A stretch of 27,830 nucleotides of DNA, taken from positions 1-27,830 of the IMG/VR virus record IMGVR_UViG_3300012953_000168; one strand, written 5' to 3'. The notes under the pieces were generated by a model. That model worked only from the letters and a program-made list of their open reading frames with translations, had not been told where the DNA came from and did not search any database. The stretch is from a virus. Its lineage: Duplodnaviria; Caudoviricetes. Of the stretch, positions 10,771 to 19,706 are shown piece after piece. The first letter of the stretch is position 1; every line of letters begins with the position of its first letter. Position numbers and translations under genes: made by a program.

Positions 10771-10991
10771 TTTTTATCCCTCCATGTTAACTCTCTATAT
10801 ACATAATCATAAATCCACCAACATCGACCATTATCAGATACGGCATTAGCTGCTTTTCTAGCTCTAGCAATTACATCTAACCCCTGGTATTCTGGTAATA
10901 CATTGGTGCTTCTGATTTTAGTTTTATCTTGGTCTGGACGTCTTAAATCCATTCCAGATCCACTTAGGTTTACCAACGTTATTTTACTCAT
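10767..10991 (-). CDS. Hypothetical protein
   Basis: Start MSKITL preceded by SD-like AGGGGG (track start 11018 is less likely); ATGA coupling to the next gene. Confidence 0.65.
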   Translation of the reverse strand: MSKITLVNLSGSGMDLRRPDQDKTKIRSTNVLPEYQGLDVIARARKAANAVSDNGRCWWIYDYVYRELTWRDKK

Positions 10992-10993
10992 AT

Positions 10994-11089
10994 CTACCCC
11001 CTTTGATTTAGAACCCATTGTATCGCTATACTAACATCGACACCTTCGCCTCTAAGTCGAAAGACCTCTTTTATTTCATTCCAGTCCAT
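10994..11089 (-). CDS. Possible 31-aa microprotein MDWNEIKEVFRLRGEGVDVSIAIQWVLNQRG
   Basis: Exactly fills the gap between neighbours; starts 2 nt after the upstream stop; no strong SD. Confidence 0.4.
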   Translation of the reverse strand: MDWNEIKEVFRLRGEGVDVSIAIQWVLNQRG

Positions 11090-11091
11090 AA

Positions 11092-11334
11092 CTACTGTGG
11101 TGGGAACAGGTCTTCCTCCTTATCATTTTTCAGTTCATCATCATGAGCAGATATATTAAAGAAAAGACTTTTATCTGAGCCCTTTTCATTTAACCAACCA
11201 GCTACGCCGATTTTTGCACCAGCAGGAATAGTTTTAGTCACTTCTATATTACCTTTAAAATGAGGCTGTCTATTGTCTTCTGTTGCATCTTTATTAACGT
11301 ACATTGTTACGTTACCTAGTTTACTATATGGCAT
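11092..11334 (-). CDS. DUF736-like small OB-fold, putative ssDNA-binding protein
   Basis: Motif N...E..RQPHFKG.I.......VAGW....K with acidic tail EEDLFPPQ; SD GGAGG before MPYSK. Confidence 0.55.
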   Translation of the reverse strand: MPYSKLGNVTMYVNKDATEDNRQPHFKGNIEVTKTIPAGAKIGVAGWLNEKGSDKSLFFNISAHDDELKNDKEEDLFPPQ

Positions 11335-11345
11335 TATATGCCCTC

Positions 11346-11519
11346 CTATTTTATGAATCCGCACGCTTCAAGAAACCTCTTCTTGTCGAATGCTGGATTC
11401 TCTTTTTCTAGTTGCTCTACAAGAGCATCCGTTACACTTTTTACTATCTTCTTTTGAAGATGATTGAAGCTCTTTAATACAGCTGCAATTGTTTCGTAAT
11501 CTTTTCTGGTCATTGCCAT
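11346..11519 (-). CDS. Small phage hypothetical protein (MTRKDY..IA...NPxFD..RF..AC type)
   Basis: SD AAGGAG before MAMTRKDY; the pattern is familiar from phage early genes. Confidence 0.7.
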   Translation of the reverse strand: MAMTRKDYETIAAVLKSFNHLQKKIVKSVTDALVEQLEKENPAFDKKRFLEACGFIK

Positions 11520-11562
11520 TGCCGACTCCTTTAATCTCCTCCACGGGAGGTGTTGTAGCATC

Positions 11563-11661
11563 TCAGCCGTCTGTATATCCACAATGTGGACATCCAAAAT
11601 TGCAAGCCATAGCTGAAATGTAGTTTCCGCATGCTGTGCACTGCGTCATTTTGTAACTCAT
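11563..11661 (-). CDS. CPxCG-type zinc-finger microprotein MSYKMTQCTACGNYISAMACNFGCPHCGYTDG; TGA possibly recoded (see findings)
   Basis: Strong SD AAGGAGGT; CxxCG-x7-C-x3-CPxCG in 32 aa; absent from the ORF track because of length. Confidence 0.8.
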   Translation of the reverse strand: MSYKMTQCTACGNYISAMACNFGCPHCGYTDG

Positions 11662-11678
11662 TAGTTACCTCCTTAAAT

Positions 11679-11766
11679 TTAAAGGGCAGAATACTACTTC
11701 TTTTCCGACGAGAAATTTCTAATATCCTAACCTTGGTTATTCTATTACCTATACTCCGCCCTTTAA
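11679..11766 (-). ncRNA. Intergenic structured RNA element (three-way junction)
   Basis: 15-bp closing stem TTAAAGGGCGGAGTA/TATTCTGCCCTTTAA with two G-U pairs valid only on the - strand, enclosing two hairpins. Confidence 0.55.
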
Positions 11767-11769
11767 TTT

Positions 11770-11985
11770 TTAAAGTCCCATTTGCTTTAACTTGTCCGAG
11801 ACCTTCTTTTTATCTTCATCAGGTATATTATCCCAATACTCCATTAAGAGATTATATGCCTGGTAATATCTTAAAGCATTACCATCTTTAACTTGCAGAT
11901 CTTTTTGATAAAACTCGATTTGCGTTATTAGTTGCTCTTTTGACATCTTCCTGAATGACTCTCTGGTGTTCCTGTTTTTTGTCAT
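11770..11985 (-). CDS. Hypothetical helical protein
   Basis: SD GAGGAG before MTKNRN; overlaps the upstream gene by 98 nt. Confidence 0.65.
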   Translation of the reverse strand: MTKNRNTRESFRKMSKEQLITQIEFYQKDLQVKDGNALRYYQAYNLLMEYWDNIPDEDKKKVSDKLKQMGL

Positions 11986-12241
11986 GCTTTTCTCCTCTAG
12001 TTTCAATATAATGTTCTTGACACTTGCGTCTAGAACGGCTTATGTTAAAAGGAGATGACATGTCCTTGTTTTTCCAGTGTTTCATCAGTTCTCTAGCAGA
12101 TAGTTTGTCAATTTTAACTGCTGGTTTAGCTTGACTTAGTTGCCATGCCCATATTGCCCAAATTAAATCTACATCACTGTCTCTTAATTCAGGTTTAGCA
12201 GTTAGAAATCCCTTCACTACATTTACCATATTCACTCTCAT
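11888..12241 (-). CDS. Hypothetical protein (L...PELRDSD..L...W...I.RSRRK.QE type phage family)
   Basis: 117-aa ORF; ATGA overlap with the HNH gene; SD AAGGAG. Confidence 0.75.
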   Translation of the reverse strand: MRVNMVNVVKGFLTAKPELRDSDVDLIWAIWAWQLSQAKPAVKIDKLSARELMKHWKNKDMSSPFNISRSRRKCQEHYIETRGEKHDKKQEHQRVIQEDVKRATNNANRVLSKRSAS

Positions 12242-12717
12242 TCGAACATATCTCCTTTTGCTAGTTTGCGTAAAACGTAATTCTTCATATTATCACTTTT
12301 CTTTCCTAAGAATCTCAATAAAGACATATATTCTTTATCTGTTAAGTGACCTTTTCTAGTATTACATCTTTTGCATATTATGGTGAGGTTATTAGGAGTT
12401 GAATCGCCACCCAAAGAAAGAGGATACTTATGGTCACAAACAATGTTAGATACCAACAATACATTATTGCAATAACGACACGTCCGTCCATAAAATCTAA
12501 GAAATAATCCTCTAATTTGATCCAAAGTGATTTCAAATACGACTTCATACTCTTTACTCCTTTTTTTTAAAGAAGACTTTAGTGTTGCTGATTTTTTCAT
12601 CAATCTGTGGAAGACTTTTTTCGAAAAGTGCCCATGATGTTTCTTGAGCACTTTATCGAATTTTTCTTCCCAAACAGCTACACGACCTCTTCTTTTCATC
12701 GTAGGTTTGTAGGCCAT
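12238..12717 (-). CDS. HNH endonuclease
   Basis: CRYC...DHKYPLSLGG....NL...CKRCNTRK: Zn-binding HNH signature. Confidence 0.9.
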   Translation of the reverse strand: MAYKPTMKRRGRVAVWEEKFDKVLKKHHGHFSKKVFHRLMKKSATLKSSLKKRSKEYEVVFEITLDQIRGLFLRFYGRTCRYCNNVLLVSNIVCDHKYPLSLGGDSTPNNLTIICKRCNTRKGHLTDKEYMSLLRFLGKKSDNMKNYVLRKLAKGDMFE

Positions 12718-12727
12718 TTAATCTCCT

Positions 12728-12892
12728 TTACATGATGGCATAACTATTAAAGACATGTAATTTCCATAACTTAAAAGTAAATGTTATAGATTTTTCTTCT
12801 TTTGTCTCTAAAGTGATACCAAATCCTATTAAAGAGAATAAAGTGAACATAAATCCACCTTCGTTAAAACGGATATTAATTAATTTACCCAT
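12728..12892 (-). CDS. 54-aa hypothetical protein (MGKLINIRFNEGGFMFTLF...)
   Basis: TAATG coupling to the upstream gene; fills the gap up to the HNH SD. Confidence 0.6.
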   Translation of the reverse strand: MGKLINIRFNEGGFMFTLFSLIGFGITLETKEEKSITFTFKLWKLHVFNSYAIM

Positions 12893-13458
12893 TATGACCT
12901 CCTTACGCGTTTAACTTTTTCAATCTTAAAGCCAGCAATACCCATACCTTGTTCTGCTGCTTCAATAATTGATTTACGGGCACCTTTTTTATCGATTTCG
13001 ACCTTATAACGCTTATAGTTGTCACTAATAGCGTCTTCATCGGTAATTTGTACAGGTCCCCATGTTGTGAACATTTTATAGCGAGTACTGTCTGTTTCAA
13101 ATACTCCATCATTCCCTGCAGTCTCTATTATCATAGGCAGCAGATCTTTATTAAAGTAATCTTCTACTTTCGCTATAGACTTTTGTCTATTTCTTAATCG
13201 TTTTACTTCATCCATATATGATGTTATTTCTGCTTGTAAAATGTCTTTTTTTCTATTCATTTCAACTATCATATAGTCTATTCCAGATGTTTTTTGTGCT
13301 ATCTCTTTTTTTATTTTAATTATCGCTGCATCAATAGGTGCAACCTCATCTGCAAACCCAGGGTCATCACCCTGAGTCATTTCTAGAAACTCTCTATCAT
13401 TAGTTAGTTCTATAAGATTGCCTATTAAATCACGAGTTGTTAGCTTATTAGTAGCCAT
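12892..13458 (-). CDS. Siphovirus Gp157-like coiled-coil protein
   Basis: Long coiled coil (K.E..RL..R.K) then V.I.DE..I...YK......IDKK.......G..I.G; SD GGAGG before MATNK. Confidence 0.7.
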   Translation of the reverse strand: MATNKLTTRDLIGNLIELTNDREFLEMTQGDDPGFADEVAPIDAAIIKIKKEIAQKTSGIDYMIVEMNRKKDILQAEITSYMDEVKRLRNRQKSIAKVEDYFNKDLLPMIIETAGNDGVFETDSTRYKMFTTWGPVQITDEDAISDNYKRYKVEIDKKGARKSIIEAAEQGMGIAGFKIEKVKRVRRS

Positions 13459-15232
13459 TTGTCCTCCGTAGTCTAAACGATGGAGTCCATTCAAGTTGTG
13501 TTTCGAATAGTTCTCCATCAGTGTTTTTAAATAACTTAACATCTTTTTGTCCAGAATTGGCTTGTCCGTTAAGTCCTATAACTTTTCTTGATGCATTTTC
13601 TATTGCACCACTACCTTTACCTGCATATAGGTCTAACACTTCATTTCTACTATAATCTCTACTAACTTGACTTACTTGTAATATTATAACATCATTGTTT
13701 ACAGCCATGTTTGATAAACCATGAGATATATATTTAACTTGTTCGTATTCTCCTCTTACATGTGGAGGTGTACTAACTAAATCTATATAATCCACTATTA
13801 CCATTGATGGTTGTAATTCAGTAATCTTTGCCTGTATTTGTTCCAACGTTGGTGAAACAGTTTGTACATTAATGTGTGCAAGTTTGTCTGAATGTTGATT
13901 GTATATATTACTATAGTCATTAGTTACTCTTTCTTTATCTAATCCGCTCACTATTTGTAAGCTTCTTCTGTGCATATACCATGCAGCTAACTCTAAAGAA
14001 AGATATAATGTAGGGATTTGAAATTGTGGATTTATAGTATCATTGGCAAAATCATAACCTAATGCTATATTATGGGCAAGTGTAGTTTTGCTACTACCAG
14101 TTGGTCCAAATATAGTCACTAAATCGCCAGGATAAAATTGACAATCTCTATTTACTCCTAATGAAGCGCCTAGATTATAAGATCTACCAGTAAAATCCGT
14201 GGTTAATCTTGCAGCTAAGTCGTCTTGCATTTCTTTAGGTCCCATAACATCTACTAGATAGTCTTTTCTTTTATAATAAATACATTTAGGGCTACAATTT
14301 GCGCTCATTAGCTCATCATTGCATCCAAACTTATACCCTTTATTATAAGCGTATTCGACCTGATCTGCGACTTCTAGTTCGTTAAGGCTTCCATTGTTCC
14401 ATTCTTTTAGCGCTGCTTTTGCTGCAGCAGATGGAAGTCCATGTCTTCTAAAGTGAGAAACTATTCTTAATAAGGTTTTGTGTCGTGACCCTTCTTGCGG
14501 TCCTACATTATACATTGTTTGTACACATGTAGCAACTTTCCTTGGTTCCATTACTTTCCCCATAGGTCTTGTCATTTCAACCTTTGTAATAATATGTTCC
14601 TCAAGTTCTCCGTCTCCAACTAATACTTCATATGGAAACTCGAACCGTGGTGTCTTTGCTAGTTTATGTATCTCTTCTGTCGATAGAGTCATAGCCTCGT
14701 TATATGTTAGAGGAATTTTATATAAATTCGTCTTTGGATTTATTGTGTGGGCTACTCTATACAGTCCAGTCCTTATATAAACCATAGGGTCTATATCGGG
14801 TAATAGTTTTGTCATTGTTTCTTTTACATGAAAAGGTAATGAATCGCTAGCTGGAAAGTTAAATACAGTATTTGGTATAACTATGTGATAGCCACTACCA
14901 GAGAAGTAAACTCTAAAATTACTTGTTTGTAAATCGAGTTCTTCTGTTAATGCATATAATATTCCTTGACATTTTCTTAAAGTATATTCATCGGTATTTT
15001 GTTCTTTGTCTATATCTATAAGAATGTTGTCAATATCTCGCACACCATAATAATTACGTAAGCTATTATTATTAGAATCTGCGAAATCAACGGCGTCAAA
15101 ACTATAAAGATACATAGAACGATACAAAGCAATGTTATCGCTGAAGTGTCCTTTGAGTTCATCTTTAGGAATGAGAACCCCCCGTTTCCGAGGGGTCTCT
15201 TTTGCAATCTCTATATAATTATAGGTTTGCAA
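13448..15232 (-). CDS. AEP primase(-polymerase) fused to a DnaB/SF4-like helicase
   Basis: AEP motifs LIDID, SGSGYHI, R...TIN.KT; PriCT-like GSRH..L....WN; Cys cluster; Walker A GPTGSSKTT, YLSLE, Walker B VIVDYID, SQVSR, GSGAIE. Confidence 0.88.
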   Translation of the reverse strand: MQTYNYIEIAKETPRKRGVLIPKDELKGHFSDNIALYRSMYLYSFDAVDFADSNNNSLRNYYGVRDIDNILIDIDKEQNTDEYTLRKCQGILYALTEELDLQTSNFRVYFSGSGYHIVIPNTVFNFPASDSLPFHVKETMTKLLPDIDPMVYIRTGLYRVAHTINPKTNLYKIPLTYNEAMTLSTEEIHKLAKTPRFEFPYEVLVGDGELEEHIITKVEMTRPMGKVMEPRKVATCVQTMYNVGPQEGSRHKTLLRIVSHFRRHGLPSAAAKAALKEWNNGSLNELEVADQVEYAYNKGYKFGCNDELMSANCSPKCIYYKRKDYLVDVMGPKEMQDDLAARLTTDFTGRSYNLGASLGVNRDCQFYPGDLVTIFGPTGSSKTTLAHNIALGYDFANDTINPQFQIPTLYLSLELAAWYMHRRSLQIVSGLDKERVTNDYSNIYNQHSDKLAHINVQTVSPTLEQIQAKITELQPSMVIVDYIDLVSTPPHVRGEYEQVKYISHGLSNMAVNNDVIILQVSQVSRDYSRNEVLDLYAGKGSGAIENASRKVIGLNGQANSGQKDVKLFKNTDGELFETQLEWTPSFRLRRTNGY

Positions 15233-15818
15233 TGTCTATACCGTCAGTGTTCATCGCTTGAGAACCTGTAGCAGGTTTAGTAGTTGTACCATTTTGATGA
15301 TCTGCAGGTGCTTCTTTCAAATAACCTTTAGTTTTCATAAAAGTGATATAACTTTCAAGCTCTTTCTCGCTGCCGTTTCCAGCTTTAAGAATTTTATTGT
15401 GAACTCGGGTATAAGCATTTCCATTTTTAGCAAGTTCTCTATATACATATATAGTACATCTAGCGTCTTTGTAATTAGCCATTAGATAATCACATATATC
15501 ATCGATCTTGCCTTCGTTTGAATCACACCATTCGCCATGTTGGTTTACACCACCCATATCGCCTAATGCATCAAACATGTGAGTTATTCTTTTTAACAGT
15601 GGACAATCTTGAATAGTTCCGTCTGGATTCTTTTCCCATGACCCTGTAACTTTCATAACTCTCGGATATTCAGATCCTTCTACTTTAAACTCAACTAATA
15701 AATACACATCTGCCCAATCGTATTTGTGCGCTTCATCAGTTACTTTTAATAAAGAACCTGTTTTGATACCAAGCCAGTCTCCGCCGCCTGACTTTACTTC
15801 TGACCTCATTATTGCCAT
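15219..15818 (-). CDS. Putative single-stranded DNA-binding protein
   Basis: Lies between AAA_24 ATPase and primase-helicase; beta-rich N-part and low-complexity tail; positional inference. Confidence 0.5.
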   Translation of the reverse strand: MAIMRSEVKSGGGDWLGIKTGSLLKVTDEAHKYDWADVYLLVEFKVEGSEYPRVMKVTGSWEKNPDGTIQDCPLLKRITHMFDALGDMGGVNQHGEWCDSNEGKIDDICDYLMANYKDARCTIYVYRELAKNGNAYTRVHNKILKAGNGSEKELESYITFMKTKGYLKEAPADHQNGTTTKPATGSQAMNTDGIDIANL

Positions 15819-16681
15819 TATTTATCCTCCTTATAGGAATTGATTTCGTTTAGTATTGCGTTATAGTCAAATGGTAATAGCTTTTGTGCTAATGGTTTAA
15901 GCCTTGAGCCTACCATTCTTTCATCGTAACCTTCGAAGCTTATGCAGTATGAGCCATCGTCTTTATTTATAGTAGTATAACCTATAACATCAGCTTTAGC
16001 ACATAATATTCTGCCTAAACCACTTGGTAGATTAGGAGCTAACTGAACTTTATCATCAGTTACTGCAGTAGATTTTGAATGACTACATATAACTAAATTG
16101 CCACCAACTTTTTTCATAAAGTCTTGTAACTTTTTAACTATATCAGCATTCTTTTTCTTTGCAGCTGCCCAATCACTACCCCATGAACCATCACCCATAT
16201 TCTCGATACCTAAGTCGTTTTTAACAACGTCTTCTATCCAGATATTGACTTGGTCTATGGTGTCGATTACTACCGTATCATACGGATAATCATGCCAATT
16301 CTTCATTAAATCTTGAATGATTTCAGCTAAAGAATAAGCCGACATTGGTTTGCCTTTATTTGGACCAGCTCTAAAGAAAAATCCTCTCTCTTCAGGAGGA
16401 ATTACCTCTATAACTTCTTGTCCATTTTTAACAACCTTTACGCCGTCTTTTTCTTTAACTCTAATCGGAGGATTTAACGAACAACAGGTCACTACATTAG
16501 CTTTATCAACGAAGTCTGCACCTAAATCAGTATCTATTACGATACATGAATCAGATCCACCTTTACTCCATTTAGAAGCTTGAGTAGTTTTGCCACTTTT
16601 TGGTTGGCCAATGAAATACCAAGTAACTCCACCAGGTAAATCATCTTTCCAGTTTGTTTCTACTTTGTTAACTTGTAACAT
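15818..16681 (-). CDS. AAA_24 / Sak4-like phage P-loop ATPase (recombination/annealing)
   Basis: GQPKSGKTT, IDTDLG, YDTVVIDTID, G..W, ICSH, ADVIGY. Confidence 0.85.
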   Translation of the reverse strand: MLQVNKVETNWKDDLPGGVTWYFIGQPKSGKTTQASKWSKGGSDSCIVIDTDLGADFVDKANVVTCCSLNPPIRVKEKDGVKVVKNGQEVIEVIPPEERGFFFRAGPNKGKPMSAYSLAEIIQDLMKNWHDYPYDTVVIDTIDQVNIWIEDVVKNDLGIENMGDGSWGSDWAAAKKKNADIVKKLQDFMKKVGGNLVICSHSKSTAVTDDKVQLAPNLPSGLGRILCAKADVIGYTTINKDDGSYCISFEGYDERMVGSRLKPLAQKLLPFDYNAILNEINSYKEDK

Positions 16682-16703
16682 GTTACTCCTTTTTTAGGGT
16701 TAA

Positions 16704-16774
16704 TTAGGCAATAGCTGTGGTTTGATTTTATGACTATGCACCATCCACTGAAGACGAATCTTCCTATTGCCTAA
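16704..16774 (-). ncRNA. Intergenic structured RNA element (three-way junction)
   Basis: Perfect 11-bp stem TTAGGCAATAG/CTATTGCCTAA enclosing GAAGA-UUCG-TCTTC and a GTGG...CCAC arm. Confidence 0.6.
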
Positions 16775-16782
16775 ATATTAAT

Positions 16783-17445
16783 TTACTGTTGAGGTTTAAC
16801 GAGGTGTTCTCGTCTTAAACTAACAGGACCTAACGACCCCCAAATGTAAGCATAATACAATCTATTTTGCAAGACATTAAATGCTTGCGACAGTCCAAAT
16901 GATGCTGCCAATGAACCACAAAAGATTGTGTGCTTAGCTGTACATGGATCGTCAGCTATTTCTGAGCTAGGAACATATGAGTCCATGAAATAATCGGCCT
17001 CTCTGGACACGGTTATTATCTCATAGCCCAATGCTCCCATTCTCATATCTATTAAGAACTCTCTGTCTGGGTTTTGTTTCCATTGATTATATACTGCAAG
17101 TCTAACTTCCATATTATCTGGTGTTAGAAATACTTTATTATCTAATGGCATTCCAGTTTCCCAAAACACTTCACGTAACTTCATCTTAACTTTTTTATTA
17201 AGATTTGTACATGTTTTATTTGCTGCATGTATTTTAGGTTGATTTAAGTAACACTCTGGCCATGATGTTGTGGATAAATTATGTTCCTCTAACATGTCAG
17301 GGTCCCAAACTGTTATTTCTTTAAATCCCATTATTGCAGCGTTTTGAAGTAATGCCGAACCTATTCCGCCAGCACCTATAACCGTTATCTTGTCCAATTT
17401 AGATTGGTCAATAAGGTCTTTGTTTCTAAGATACCTGTCTTCCAT
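16783..17445 (-). CDS. ThiF/E1-like ubiquitin-like-protein activating adenylyltransferase
   Basis: DRYLR Arg finger, VIGAGGIGS, WDPD.LEEHNL, PK, DN..VR, IDMRMG, candidate catalytic Cys168 (DPCT); no CxxC zinc motifs. Confidence 0.92.
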   Translation of the reverse strand: MEDRYLRNKDLIDQSKLDKITVIGAGGIGSALLQNAAIMGFKEITVWDPDMLEEHNLSTTSWPECYLNQPKIHAANKTCTNLNKKVKMKLREVFWETGMPLDNKVFLTPDNMEVRLAVYNQWKQNPDREFLIDMRMGALGYEIITVSREADYFMDSYVPSSEIADDPCTAKHTIFCGSLAASFGLSQAFNVLQNRLYYAYIWGSLGPVSLRREHLVKPQQ

Positions 17446-18265
17446 ATTCGTCTACTCCTAGTTTCTTAAGCTTTTGATTAAGCTTTTTTTTGTTTATTCT
17501 ACCTCTATCAAAGTCAAGCATTATCTTGTCAAACTCTTGAAACACATCAAAGTCCATTTCTGTCCCTATTGCGTTGTAAGAATTAAAGTCAAGATATTCA
17601 TCATACCTGTCGTTGACGTCTACGGCTTCGTCGTGTTGTTGGGCTTCGCCCTTGATGTCTCCGAATAAAGTAGCCTGATGATTACTCCCTCTATTATTAT
17701 ATTTGAAAAGAGTAGTCGTTTCTGGTTTTTTGTTTTTCTTTATCCATTTAGCTTCCTTTTTCCATTCAGGCATAACTTCTGTAACACTATCTGTTTCAAT
17801 ATCATCTATTTCAACAATATGTACTTGCCCAAATTGATCAGGATAACTAACACCAAAGAACAATTCTTTTCCAGGTTTAGTAGATACAACTAATGAATAA
17901 TAAAAATTTTCATTTGCTCCATCTATTAATTGTTGTTCATCAGTACCTGAAAAGAATGCACCCATACTATGATGTGAATGAACATTACCTTGTACCCAAG
18001 ATTTTCCTATTTCTGGAAATTCTTTTCTTAATTTTGGATACAATTTAATTAGGTCTTTGCCATCCCAATCTGTATTACCACTAGTACCCAAGTCAAGAGG
18101 ATACCAGTATTCAAGCGTTATTTTCTCTGGAAACCCGTTTTCATCTTTTTCATGAGAATACCATGCAGGTCCAGACCATTCAAGATTCTTAAAGGTCTTG
18201 AGAAAATAGTGTAGCTTGTCCATCATCTGTTTTGAGATGTATAATGTCGGACTTGTTGAGCTCAT
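17426..18265 (-). CDS. JAB/MPN+ (JAMM) metalloprotease, prokaryotic deubiquitinase-like
   Basis: E29 (LEWSG) plus H96-S-H98-x7-S106-x2-D109 (HSHHSMGAFFSGTD), an exact JAMM motif; SD GGAGG. Confidence 0.92.
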   Translation of the reverse strand: MSSTSPTLYISKQMMDKLHYFLKTFKNLEWSGPAWYSHEKDENGFPEKITLEYWYPLDLGTSGNTDWDGKDLIKLYPKLRKEFPEIGKSWVQGNVHSHHSMGAFFSGTDEQQLIDGANENFYYSLVVSTKPGKELFFGVSYPDQFGQVHIVEIDDIETDSVTEVMPEWKKEAKWIKKNKKPETTTLFKYNNRGSNHQATLFGDIKGEAQQHDEAVDVNDRYDEYLDFNSYNAIGTEMDFDVFQEFDKIMLDFDRGRINKKKLNQKLKKLGVDEYGRQVS

Positions 18266-19619
18266 TTACGAACCTCCTTTTATCTTTTTCTAACTGCTGC
18301 ATTGCTTGTGTATATACAAATTTCTCTATAGATCTATATCTTTTACGATAATTTAAAAAATCTATATCTTCAGAACTTGCATTCCATAAGTATCCTTTTG
18401 CAGTTGCGTTTTCTGGTTTACTTTTTCTAAGTAAAATCATAAAGTTAGATAATTTGTGTCCAGCGAACTTTAGCTCTTTAATAAATTTAGCTGATGTTCC
18501 ACCTTCTCCTATTATTTTACTTAATTCATTTCTTAGTTTTTCACTTTCTTCTCTTCTTTTAGCGTCTAAAACCACTGTATACCTTCTATTTAATTCCCAT
18601 TTATTTCTATACTGACAATTGCTTAGTTTGTTAGACATTTCTTTTAAACTTTTCATCATATCTTCATCTATACAACCAGTGTAATCAAGATATAATTTAA
18701 TTAAGAATATTCTAACAAATTCAGTTGCTTCTAAAAGACTCATTTCACCATATATTTTAGCTAGATAGATGTATCCCAATATTTTATTCATGGCCTCTGC
18801 CTGTGGATTTCTATCATTGTAAGCATATTGTATCAAATTGTCTTCCCAATTGCTTTGTTCACTTATAAAAGGAAATTCTATGTCAAGACTAGTCATTCTA
18901 TAGTCGCCAGATACTTTTAGCATTCTAAAGAATTGTCTAAGTTCTTGTCCTTGTACTTCTATAGTACCCCAGGCTTGAATGTCTTTAGGCCAGTTCCAAC
19001 GCATTGGATCTTCTGCTAACCCTTTTACATCCATATCACCTGGTTCATCATATTCAGCTGCAAACATATCAAATATCTCTTGTCTTGAATAAAGACTATA
19101 ACATATTTTTCTTTTTTTGTATGCTGTGCCTCGTACATATGTGCTTCTGCCATAATAACTACTCAAGTATGCTTTTATTTGAGAAAAGAATCTCATATAA
19201 TTACCTGATGTTATAGCATCTGCAATATCTCCTTGATGACTACCGAAACAAGGTTTCCCTCCACTTAAATGAGGATGGTCTGCCTTCTGCCATTTTACTA
19301 CACCGTCTATTGTTAAAGGATAGTAAAACATATAATTTGGCTGACCATTAGAGAATTGAACATTTAACCAATAATCCCCTAAATGTAAATGAGGACGATA
19401 TTTGCATATAATATTTTTAAAGTTTACTAGATAACAATCTGTCAATTCCATATTAGTTTCTTCTGTATCAGGATTGAACTTTGGCATTTCTAGCTCTACT
19501 TTTTTTACTTCATATTTTATACTTATCTTTTTGGCTTGTTGTTCTAAAGGTATTGGCAGCTCTTCCAGATTAGATGTTGATTCTAACCAATAGTTAAGCA
19601 TTTCGTTCATTAAATCCAT
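18189..19619 (-). CDS. Prokaryotic E2-like (Ubl-conjugating) domain protein with long helical C-terminus
   Basis: HPHLSGGKPCFG (Cys124) matches the E2 HPN/H...G..C pattern after beta-strands; located between Ubl and JAB; SD AAGGAGGT. Confidence 0.7.
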   Translation of the reverse strand: MDLMNEMLNYWLESTSNLEELPIPLEQQAKKISIKYEVKKVELEMPKFNPDTEETNMELTDCYLVNFKNIICKYRPHLHLGDYWLNVQFSNGQPNYMFYYPLTIDGVVKWQKADHPHLSGGKPCFGSHQGDIADAITSGNYMRFFSQIKAYLSSYYGRSTYVRGTAYKKRKICYSLYSRQEIFDMFAAEYDEPGDMDVKGLAEDPMRWNWPKDIQAWGTIEVQGQELRQFFRMLKVSGDYRMTSLDIEFPFISEQSNWEDNLIQYAYNDRNPQAEAMNKILGYIYLAKIYGEMSLLEATEFVRIFLIKLYLDYTGCIDEDMMKSLKEMSNKLSNCQYRNKWELNRRYTVVLDAKRREESEKLRNELSKIIGEGGTSAKFIKELKFAGHKLSNFMILLRKSKPENATAKGYLWNASSEDIDFLNYRKRYRSIEKFVYTQAMQQLEKDKRRFVNELNKSDIIHLKTDDGQATLFSQDL

Positions 19620-19638
19620 ATTACCTCCTTGTTAAAGA

Positions 19639-19680
19639 AGGATTGTAGGCCAGAGCACATGGGTGATAGCCTACTCTCCT
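19639..19680 (-). promoter_or_regulatory. Intergenic stem-loop between Ubl and E2-like genes
   Basis: AGGA-GA-GTAGGC...CAC-CCAT-GTG...GCCTAC-AA-TCCT on the - strand, just upstream of the E2 SD. Confidence 0.45.
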
Positions 19681-19706
19681 CCAAATTAAAGCCGACCTAA
19701 ATCAAT

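Noticed and set aside
12238-12717. HNH as part of an intron or intein
   Set aside because: Free-standing with its own SD; no split gene flanks it
16745-16765. Hammerhead core-like CTGAAGA (and CAGATGAG near 21110 on the - strand)
   Set aside because: No stem II-GAAA partner or NUH site in the right geometry
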